Source: an uncultured bacterium (GTDB lineage: Bacteria > Lernaellota > Lernaellaia > Lernaellales > Lernaellaceae). From it: a stretch of 20,924 bases of DNA. A model generated the notes under the pieces. The model worked only from the letters and a program-made list of their open reading frames with translations, searched no databases and was not told where the DNA came from. Of this stretch, positions 1 through 6,551 are shown piece after piece (the stretch's first letter is position 1; each line of letters opens with the position of its first letter). The stretch lies in NCBI GenBank assembly GCA_964534375.1, contig CAZHPN010000099.1:1-20924 (forward strand). Direction: 5' to 3'. Both the position numbers and the translations under genes were made by a program.

Positions 1-1427
1 GATTGGCTGCCTTCGCCGTCTTTCAGCGCGTCGACGATCAGTTCCATGTCGTAGGCGGCGACGAGTTGTTCGAGTTTGCCGCGGCGTTTGGTGCGCCCCT
101 CGACGGCTTTCATCTGGAGCGACGGCGGCAGCAGATGACCGTGGATGACGCCGTCGGTCGAGAGCAGCACGGCGCGTTCGATGACGTTCTCGAGCTCGCG
201 CACGTTGCCCGGCCAGTGGTACGCCATCAGCATGTCGATCGCCGGGGTGTCGATGCGGTTGATTTCCTTGCCCATCTCCTCGGCGTAACCCTTGGCGAAA
301 CGGTCGGCAAGCATCATCACGTCGGCCCCGCGTTCGCGCAGCGGCGGCACGTGGATCGGAAAGACGTTCAGGCGATAGAATAGGTCCGGCCGGAATCCGC
401 CGCCGGCCACCTCTTCCTCTAAGTTGCGGTTGGTGGCGGCGATCACGCGGGCGTCGGTCTTGAGCGTCTTCGCGCCGCCGACGCGTTCGAACTCGCGATC
501 CTGCAGCACGCGCAGCAGCTTCACCTGCGATTGCGCCGGCAGTTCGCCGACCTCGTCGAGGAACATCGTACCGGCCTGCGCCGCCTCGAACCGGCCGGTC
601 CGCGATTGCGCGGCGCCGGTGAACGCGCCTTTTTCGTGGCCGAACAGTTCGCTCTCGATCAGGTTCTCCGGGATTGCGCCGCAGTTCACCTTGATGAACG
701 GCTGGTCGCGCCGCGGGCTCGCCTGGTGGATCGCGCGCGCGATCAGCCCCTTGCCGGAGCCGGTTTCGCCGGTCAGCAGCACGGTCGTGCGCGAATCGGC
801 GACCTGCGCGACCAGCGCCCGCACCTGGCGGATCGCGTTGGACGCCCCGAGCACCAGCCCCGGCGCGCCCGTCAGCCCGGCGCCTTCGCGCAGGCGGCGG
901 TTCTCTTCCTCGACCCGCCGGCTTTCGACCCGCGAGGCAATCAGTTCGGCGACGGTCTCCAGGAACCGGACTTCGCCGTTCAACGCGATGCCGTTGCCCG
1001 CGGCGCGGTCGGCCGACAACGCGCCGACGACCTCGGCCCCGAATTTGATCGGCACGCACAGAAAGGCGAGATCGGCGCGATCGAGGTCGCGGCGCCGGCC
1101 CGAGCGATCCAGAAATAGCGGCTCCTTATCGAGCCGCGGCACGGCGATCGCTTTGCCTTTTTCGACGACGCGGCCGGTGATGCCTTCGCCGAGCCGATAG
1201 ACGACCGGGTCGGCGCGCTGTTCATCCATGCCCACCTGCGCGAGCGTGTGCACTTCCTGCAAGTCGCGTTGCAGCACCGAGACCATGCCGCGCTTCATGC
1301 CAAGGTCTTCGGCGAGAATGTGCAGGGTTTCGAGTAAGGCTTTTTCCAACTCGCCGCGTTTGGCGAGGATGACGGCGATGCGGTGCAGCGTTTCGAGCTG
1401 CGGCATGGTGAACTGGCCTGGTTTCAT
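1..1427 (-). CDS. NifA-like sigma54-dependent transcriptional activator (GAF + AAA+); C-terminal HTH runs off the window start
   Basis: Manual minus-strand translation from ATG at 1427 (alternative ATG 1406): [18 protein letters not shown]...[12 protein letters not shown]...FLCVPIK (GAF), [11 protein letters not shown] (Walker A), [49 protein letters not shown]. Frame is open to the window edge. Confidence 0.93.
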   Translation of the reverse strand, partial: MKPGQFTMPQLETLHRIAVILAKRGELEKALLETLHILAEDLGMKRGMVSVLQRDLQEVHTLAQVGMDEQRADPVVYRLGEGITGRVVEKGKAIAVPRLDKEPLFLDRSGRRRDLDRADLAFLCVPIKFGAEVVGALSADRAAGNGIALNGEVRFLETVAELIASRVESRRVEEENRRLREGAGLTGAPGLVLGASNAIRQVRALVAQVADSRTTVLLTGETGSGKGLIARAIHQASPRRDQPFIKVNCGAIPENLIESELFGHEKGAFTGAAQSRTGRFEAAQAGTMFLDEVGELPAQSQVKLLRVLQDREFERVGGAKTLKTDARVIAATNRNLEEEVAGGGFRPDLFYRLNVFPIHVPPLRERGADVMMLADRFAKGYAEEMGKEINRIDTPAIDMLMAYHWPGNVRELENVIERAVLLSTDGVIHGHLLPPSLQMKAVEGRTKRRGKLEQLVAAYDMELIVDALKDGEGSQ

Positions 1428-1434
1428 TGCCGAC

Positions 1435-1462
1435 AATTTACACATATTTGTTGCACGCGCAA
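1435..1462 (-). promoter_or_regulatory. Candidate sigma70 promoter for the NifA-like gene
   Basis: Minus strand TTGCGC (1462-1457), 16-nt spacer, TAAATT (1440-1435), ending 7 nt before the ATG at 1427. Confidence 0.35.
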
Positions 1463-1576
1463 GAAATGAAACGTTTTTGTGCCGAAAAAAATGACGCGAC
1501 GCGCCGTCGAATTTTTCCGCATCGCCGGCGGCAATGCCCCGGCCGCGACCCGATCGCGCGGTCGGCCTCGCCGCAA

Positions 1577-1604
1577 GACGCGACTTCGGCCGCGTCTTTT
1601 TCTT
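1577..1604 (+). terminator. Intrinsic terminator-like hairpin upstream of the ATPase gene
   Basis: GACGCGAC-TTCG-GCCGCGTC stem (one A-C mismatch, C(UUCG)G tetraloop) followed by TTTTTCTT. Confidence 0.55.
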
Positions 1605-1634
1605 CCCGCGCGAGTTTTCTTCACTCGCGGGAAC

Positions 1635-1643
1635 TGCTAAATT
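1635..1643 (+). promoter_or_regulatory. Candidate extended -10 promoter for the ATPase-HNH operon
   Basis: TGcTAAATT (TGn + TAnnnT), 58 nt upstream of the ATG at 1702 and downstream of the terminator-like hairpin. Confidence 0.35.
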
Positions 1644-1701
1644 CTCGGCACAGAGATTATTTTATTGCTGGTGCGCCGATGCCGGCGGCGAAGGTGAGAC
1701 C

Positions 1702-2997
1702 ATGAAGCTCAAAGAATTGCTGATCCAGGACTTCCGCGGGATCGAAAAGTTGTCGATCGACTTTTGCGGCGGCGAGCCTGAACCACAGCGCTTGGTTGTG
1801 CTCGCCGGCCCGAACGGGGCGGGGAAAACAAGCGTTCTGGAGGCGATTCTGCTGGGTGTCGGACGGCGCGAACTATTAAAATATGAGTTAGCCGGAAATT
1901 ATCGCCAAGTACGGTCCGGGGCCAAAGACTTCGTGATTCAGGCTAGGTTCCGGACGGATTCCGAAGATGCGCTTCTCGCGACGGTTGCCGGTTTCCCCAT
2001 CGTTCATGACGACACTGAAACAGGTTTCTCTTGTGATTTCGCACCAGACGGGAATGAGCTTATGGTTTCGCTACCTGGAGTGTTGCTATGGGGTTCCGCG
2101 AAGAACACGGACGTGCTCTCTGACGATTTTCGAAAAATATATTTCTCTTTGTCAGCAATGAATCATCGCATTACTTATTATTCGGCTTGGCGCGAAGCGA
2201 CGTTGGTGGGGCCGCTCGGTCCCTCGACGGTTCGGTCGGCAAATGGCGAGGCGCCCCGCGACGACGAAGAAAGCCGACTCAAGGACATTAAGCAGGCGGC
2301 GATCAACGCGGCGCTTCACGAGAAGTTCGGGCAAGGTGACGCGTTCACCGATGTCTACCTGCACAAATTCAACGCGTGGTGGAATCGCTTCCACGACGTT
2401 CAACCAGGGCATTTTGAGGTAACGCCGATCAGCGGAAATCCGGACGAAGGCTTCGATTTCTACTTAATACGCGACGACGGCGCCAAGGTTCCGTTGGACA
2501 TGCTGTCAAGCGGTGAGATGGAATTGCTGAAATTCTTCCGGCTGATGATGCGAAAGCAGGACGGCGGCATCGTGTTGATCGACGAGCCCGAGCAACATCT
2601 GCATCCGAAATGGCATCGCCTGATCCTGCCGATGATTCTGGACCTGGCGCCCAAGGCGCAGGTTATTTGCGCCACGCATTCGCCGCAGATCATCGGCTCG
2701 ACGCCGCCGCATCAGCTTTGGCTGACGTATTTGGATGACCAGGGCCGCATCGCAATCGCGCAACCGGGCCATTCCTTCGGGATGGACGCCAACCGCGTGC
2801 TCGAAGAATTGCTCGACGTGGCCGCCCGGCCGGAGGAAGTTCGCGATCAGATCCGCAATCTCTTCGACCTGATCGAGACGCGCAAACTGGACGAGGCGAA
2901 ACAGCAAGTCGCTTCGCTCCGCGCACGCTTGGGCGACGATCCTGAACTCGTTCGCGCCGATGCGCTGATCCGACGAAAAGAAGCGATCGGCCGATGA
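1702..2997 (+). CDS. ABC/AAA-family ATPase, PtuA-like (Septu / retron type I-A effector family), 431 aa
   Basis: ATG 1702 after AAGGTGAG. MKLKELLIQDFRGIEKL start, Walker A GPNGAGKT, signature LSSGE, Walker B/D-loop IVLIDEPEQHLHP, H-loop ATHSPQI, C-terminal GMDANRVLEEL...DPELVRA. ATGA overlap with the HNH gene. Confidence 0.85.
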   Translation: MKLKELLIQDFRGIEKLSIDFCGGEPEPQRLVVLAGPNGAGKTSVLEAILLGVGRRELLKYELAGNYRQVRSGAKDFVIQARFRTDSEDALLATVAGFPIVHDDTETGFSCDFAPDGNELMVSLPGVLLWGSAKNTDVLSDDFRKIYFSLSAMNHRITYYSAWREATLVGPLGPSTVRSANGEAPRDDEESRLKDIKQAAINAALHEKFGQGDAFTDVYLHKFNAWWNRFHDVQPGHFEVTPISGNPDEGFDFYLIRDDGAKVPLDMLSSGEMELLKFFRLMMRKQDGGIVLIDEPEQHLHPKWHRLILPMILDLAPKAQVICATHSPQIIGSTPPHQLWLTYLDDQGRIAIAQPGHSFGMDANRVLEELLDVAARPEEVRDQIRNLFDLIETRKLDEAKQQVASLRARLGDDPELVRADALIRRKEAIGR

Positions 2998-3608
2998 AGC
3001 ATATCGAGAAGGGACGAGAGCCAACGTCGTTTGCCGCGTGGAAGATTCTGGCGACCTGGGACAGACAACCGACGTGGGCCGATTTCCAGAATCCCGAGAA
3101 ATCGGCGTTGCACAACGCGCTGTGCGATGAGCAGGGCCATATTTGTTGCTATTGCAATCGCCGCATCGGCGCCGGCGAAAGTCATGTGGAACACCTCGTT
3201 GCGCGCAGCCGCGATCCTGCGCGGGCGTTGGATTACGGCAATATGCTGGCGTCGTGCCGCAACGAAGGTCCGCGGCCGGGTTCAACGTGCGGCCCCCGCC
3301 GGGGCAATCAGCCGTTGCCGGTTACGCCGCTTCAGCCGGATTGCGAGGCGCGTTTTTATTTCACCGGCGCCGGCGAGATTCGCGGCCTCGACGGCGATGC
3401 GACCGAAACGGCTCGCCTCTGCAACCTTAACGCCGACGCCTTGGTTCGATCGCGGGCGGCGGCCATGCGTTCGGTTCTCGATTTGATCGGCGACATGACG
3501 CAAAACGAATTCGACAACCTGATCCGCCAATACAGCGCTCGTGACGCCGAACACAAGTTCGCGCCATTTTGTACGGCGGTCCTTTACGCGCTGCGAGCGT
3601 ACCGTTAA
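2994..3608 (+). CDS. HNH endonuclease, PtuB-like (TIGR02646-type 'retron system putative HNH endonuclease')
   Basis: MKHIEKGREP start, EQGHICCYC, SHVEHL, LDYGNMLASC...TCG, CEARFYF..GEI, CNLN..L..SR. Translationally coupled to the ATPase. Confidence 0.85.
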   Translation: MKHIEKGREPTSFAAWKILATWDRQPTWADFQNPEKSALHNALCDEQGHICCYCNRRIGAGESHVEHLVARSRDPARALDYGNMLASCRNEGPRPGSTCGPRRGNQPLPVTPLQPDCEARFYFTGAGEIRGLDGDATETARLCNLNADALVRSRAAAMRSVLDLIGDMTQNEFDNLIRQYSARDAEHKFAPFCTAVLYALRAYR

Positions 3609-3647
3609 CAAGCCGTAGTATGCGGACTTTGTGGCGCCGGAAGGGGC

Positions 3648-3698
3648 TTGCGCCAGCGCCTGCTCATGGCCATAATTTACTAGACCGACAGGTCGATA
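3648..3698 (+). promoter_or_regulatory. sigma70 promoter and probable TetR autoregulatory operator
   Basis: TTGCGC (3648-3653), 17 nt, CATAAT (3671-3676). Inverted repeat GACC-GACA-GGTC (3683-3694) lies over the expected start site, as is typical for TetR operators. Confidence 0.55.
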
Positions 3699-3722
3699 AA
3701 ACGCTCACGCGGAGAACGGCTG

Positions 3723-4346
3723 ATGAGCCCGCGCCCCAAAACCGGCATGACCGAAAAAGGCTTGCGCCGCAAGAACGACCTGCTCGAAGCGGCGCTCGCG
3801 CTCTTTACCGAAAAAGGCTACCGCGCCACGACGATCACCGAAATCGCCAAGGGCGCCGGCACGGGCAAGGGCACGTTTTACTGGTATTGGCGCAGCAAGG
3901 AAGACATCTTTCTCGAACTGCTCGACGTAAAGCTCGGCAGCTACCTCGACGCGCTGCAACGCGCCGCGAAGCTGAAGATCGACGCCGGCGACAAGATCGC
4001 CATCCTCATCGCCGAGGCCAGCAACATCTTTCTCAAATACCGCAAGCTGTGCAAGCTGATCTTCATGCTCATCACCGAAGACGCCGACGCCTTCGGCGGC
4101 GAAGTGCGGCAGCGCACCGAGGCGTTTTACCGGCAATACAAGAAACTCATCGCCGGCATCTTCAAAGAAGGCGTCGCCGCCGGCACGCTGGCGCCCGACG
4201 CCGATGCGGCGGCGCTCGCCTCGCTGCTGATCGCCATGCTCGACGGCATCGCCGTGCAGGAGGCGATTTTCCGCAAGGAATATCCGATCGACGTCATCGG
4301 CGCCGCAGTCCTGCGGCTTTTCAAAACCGGCGTTTACCGACAATAA
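3723..4346 (+). CDS. TetR/AcrR family transcriptional regulator
   Basis: N-terminal HTH LLEAALALFTEKGYRATTITEIAKGAGTGKGTFYWYWRSKEDI; GGAG RBS upstream. Confidence 0.93.
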   Translation: MSPRPKTGMTEKGLRRKNDLLEAALALFTEKGYRATTITEIAKGAGTGKGTFYWYWRSKEDIFLELLDVKLGSYLDALQRAAKLKIDAGDKIAILIAEASNIFLKYRKLCKLIFMLITEDADAFGGEVRQRTEAFYRQYKKLIAGIFKEGVAAGTLAPDADAAALASLLIAMLDGIAVQEAIFRKEYPIDVIGAAVLRLFKTGVYRQ

Positions 4347-4357
4347 GGAGTTGCGTC

Positions 4358-5965
4358 ATGGGAAAATCACCGTCTCCGCGCCGCGCGAAAAAACTAGACC
4401 CGACGGTCGAGAAAATAACCGCGCCGGGGAATATTCGGGTCACGAGCCCGCTGAACGGCCGCCCGCTCGGCGAAGCCAAATCGTGGACGCTCGCCGAGGC
4501 GCTCGCCGCCATCGAGAAAGCGCACGCGGCGCAGCGGCGATGGGCGCAAACCGCGTTCGCGGAACGGCGCGCGATCGTGCAGCGGTGGATGGGGCTGATG
4601 AACGAACACGGCGGCGAGATCGCCCGGGCGCTGGCGGCCGAGAACGGCAAAACGATCCACGAAGCCTATGTGATGGAAATTCTCCCGCTGATCATGCTCG
4701 CGCGGCATTTCTCGCGCCGCGCCGAAAAGGCGCTGCGGCCGCAGAATATTCGTCTGTCGTTTTTTAAGAACCGCGCCAGCTACATCCATTATCAACCGCG
4801 CGGCGTCGTCCTAGTGATTGCGCCCTGGAATTTTCCGCTGGCGATTCCGTTCGGCACGACGATCATGGCGCTGCTGGCCGGCAATGCCGTCGTCTTGAAA
4901 CCGGCCTCGCTGACGCCGCTGGTCGCTTCGCGCGTGCGCGGCCTGCTGCTCGAGGCGGGCCTCGATCCGGATTTGTTCCAGGTCGTGTCGGGGCCGGGGC
5001 GGCTCGGCTCCGAGTTAATCGAGTCGGGCCAGGTGGACTTTGTCAATTTCACGGGCTCGACGGCGGTCGGGCGCCAGGTGGCGGCGCTCGCCGCGAGTCG
5101 GATGATTCCGAACTCGATGGAACTGGGCGGCAAGGCGCCGGCGCTGGTGCTGGAGGACGCTGATCTCGAGCGCGCGGCGCGCTCGATCGTATGGGGCGCG
5201 TTCGGCAACTCGGGCCAGATTTGCGCCGCCGTCGAACGCGTGTACGTCCACGAAAAAATCCACGACGAATTCGTCGGCCGCGTCGTCAAGCTGACCCGCA
5301 CCTTGCGGCAGGGCAATCCGTTGATGGACGGCGAGGTCGACGTCGGCGCGATGACCGACCCGGGTCAGATCGAGATCGTCGAACGCCAGCTCGACGAAGC
5401 GAAAAAGGGCGGCGCGAAAATTCTTGTCGGCGGTCGCCGCGCGGCGGCCGGCAACCAGTATTTCGCGCCGACGGTGGTGGTCGGCGTGACGGAAAAAATG
5501 GCGATCGCCCGCGAGGAGACTTTCGGACCGGTGCTGCCGATCATGAAGTTTCGCACGGAAGACGAAGCCGTCGCGCGCGCCAACGACTCGCCTTACGGCT
5601 TGCTGGCGTACGTCTTCACGCGCGACCCGCGCCGGGGCCGCGCGATCGCCGAGCGCATCGAGGCCGGCACCGTGATGGTCAACGAAACGCTGATGACGCA
5701 CGGTTTCCCCGAGACGCCGTGGGCCGGCCTGAAGCAGAGCGGCACGGGCCGCGTTCACTCCGACGACGGCCTGCGGGATCTGTGCCAGGCGCGCCACGTG
5801 AACGTCGAGGTGTTCCCGATGGTCAACCCGTTCTGGTATCCGTATCGCACGGCGGTGCTGCGCAGCGCAATCGCCGCGACCGCGCTGCTCACGAAATCGC
5901 CGACCGTTCGCGGCGGTCTGCGCCGGTTGGCTGATCTGATGCGTTCGAACAAAGGCGTTGAATGA
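4358..5965 (+). CDS. NAD(P)-dependent aldehyde dehydrogenase, 535 aa
   Basis: ATG 4358 after AAGGAG (4345-4350), rather than the ORF-track start at 3569. Motifs IAPWNFP, FTGSTAVG, MELGGKAP (catalytic Glu), NSGQIC (catalytic Cys), EETFGP. Confidence 0.93.
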   Translation: MGKSPSPRRAKKLDPTVEKITAPGNIRVTSPLNGRPLGEAKSWTLAEALAAIEKAHAAQRRWAQTAFAERRAIVQRWMGLMNEHGGEIARALAAENGKTIHEAYVMEILPLIMLARHFSRRAEKALRPQNIRLSFFKNRASYIHYQPRGVVLVIAPWNFPLAIPFGTTIMALLAGNAVVLKPASLTPLVASRVRGLLLEAGLDPDLFQVVSGPGRLGSELIESGQVDFVNFTGSTAVGRQVAALAASRMIPNSMELGGKAPALVLEDADLERAARSIVWGAFGNSGQICAAVERVYVHEKIHDEFVGRVVKLTRTLRQGNPLMDGEVDVGAMTDPGQIEIVERQLDEAKKGGAKILVGGRRAAAGNQYFAPTVVVGVTEKMAIAREETFGPVLPIMKFRTEDEAVARANDSPYGLLAYVFTRDPRRGRAIAERIEAGTVMVNETLMTHGFPETPWAGLKQSGTGRVHSDDGLRDLCQARHVNVEVFPMVNPFWYPYRTAVLRSAIAATALLTKSPTVRGGLRRLADLMRSNKGVE

Positions 5966-6070
5966 AATTTCCTCGTTATCCACAGACGCGCAGCGCGGCA
6001 AAGCCGCGGCCGAAAATCATTGCGCGCCACGGGGCGCCGGAAAATAGAAAGGCGTCCGCGTGATGACCCC

Positions 6071-6110
6071 CATACGACCGATAGGACCTATAAGACTTAT
6101 AGGTCCTATG
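6071..6110. repeat. Degenerate 9-mer tandem array containing a 29-bp palindrome
   Basis: Units CATACGACC GATAGGACC TATAAGACT TATAGGTCC TATG. ATAGGACCTATAAG (6081-6094) is the exact reverse complement of CTTATAGGTCCTAT (6096-6109). Confidence 0.85.
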
Positions 6111-6312
6111 GCGCCCCGGGATCTGCGGCGAGGCCGTTAGCGGCGACTGAGAATCTTTGCGCGAAAACAAGAAATTGCAGGTTAGGCTCCGCGGCTGACC
6201 AGGTTTGTCCCTGACCTCTCACCGCCGCGGCGGCGGACCCAGCCCCGCCCTTGCATTTTCGCCACAGGCGAGGGGGCCTGCGCCACAATCGGGTTTGCTT
6301 GCGGCCATTGTA

Positions 6313-6337
6313 CACTGTTCACTGTTCACTGTTCACT
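6313..6337. repeat. 7-mer tandem array (CACTGTT)x3.5
   Basis: CACTGTT CACTGTT CACTGTT CACT, immediately upstream of the gltB -35 box. Confidence 0.9.
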
Positions 6338-6347
6338 TTTTTCCCGC

Positions 6348-6376
6348 TTGTCATCCGGCCTTTCATGCCGGATACT
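6348..6376 (+). promoter_or_regulatory. Candidate sigma70 promoter of the gltBD leader with an overlapping inverted repeat
   Basis: TTGTCA (6348-6353), 17 nt, GATACT (6371-6376). ATCCGGC-N7-GCCGGAT (6353-6373) spans the spacer. Confidence 0.5.
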
Positions 6377-6387
6377 TATCGCGCGCG

Positions 6388-6462
6388 ATGCAGGGGTTCG
6401 ATTTCACGAACAAGTTCGCGACGGTCGGCGGCCCGAGGCCACGGTCTCGCCCGCCGCGCTGA
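6388..6462 (+). CDS. Candidate 24-aa leader peptide MQGFDFTNKFATVGGPRPRSRPPR
   Basis: ATG 11 nt after the putative -10 box. 20 of 23 non-start codons end in G/C, like genuine genes here. No SD seen. Confidence 0.3.
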   Translation: MQGFDFTNKFATVGGPRPRSRPPR

Positions 6463-6551
6463 CGCGACGCGTTATGGCGTTTGACGCGGGGCGGCGTCGG
6501 GTGCGACGCCGGCCGCCGGGCGCGGCCGCAAGGCGGCCGCAAAGGAAAGCA

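Noticed and set aside
1428..1701. sigma54 -24/-12 promoter or NifA UAS
   Set aside because: No TGGC-N8-TGC-type element with correct spacing was found; the nearest UAS-like word is TGT-N10-AGA, not ACA.
1702..3608. Complete retron
   Set aside because: No reverse transcriptase (YADD-type motif) ORF in the window and no clear a1/a2 repeats.
3602..3690. attC-like start (TAAC-AAGCCG...GCGGAC) at the HNH stop codon
   Set aside because: No complementary GTTRRRY core or L' box downstream, and no integrase in the window.
3569..4357. Apparent N-terminal extension making a 798-aa ALDH
   Set aside because: Overlaps the TetR gene in another frame; a clear AAGGAG RBS supports the start at 4358. The ORF-track starts at 1534, 6348, 12622, 14528 and 17653 were shortened for similar reasons.
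6130..6190. GTTAGCG / GTTAGGC integron core-like words
   Set aside because: No paired RYYYAAC inverse core forming an attC stem.
6270..6305. Minus-strand GCAAACC...GGCGCAGGCC resembling a c-di-GMP-I riboswitch
   Set aside because: Lacks the GNRA tetraloop, receptor and P1, and no minus-strand gene lies downstream.
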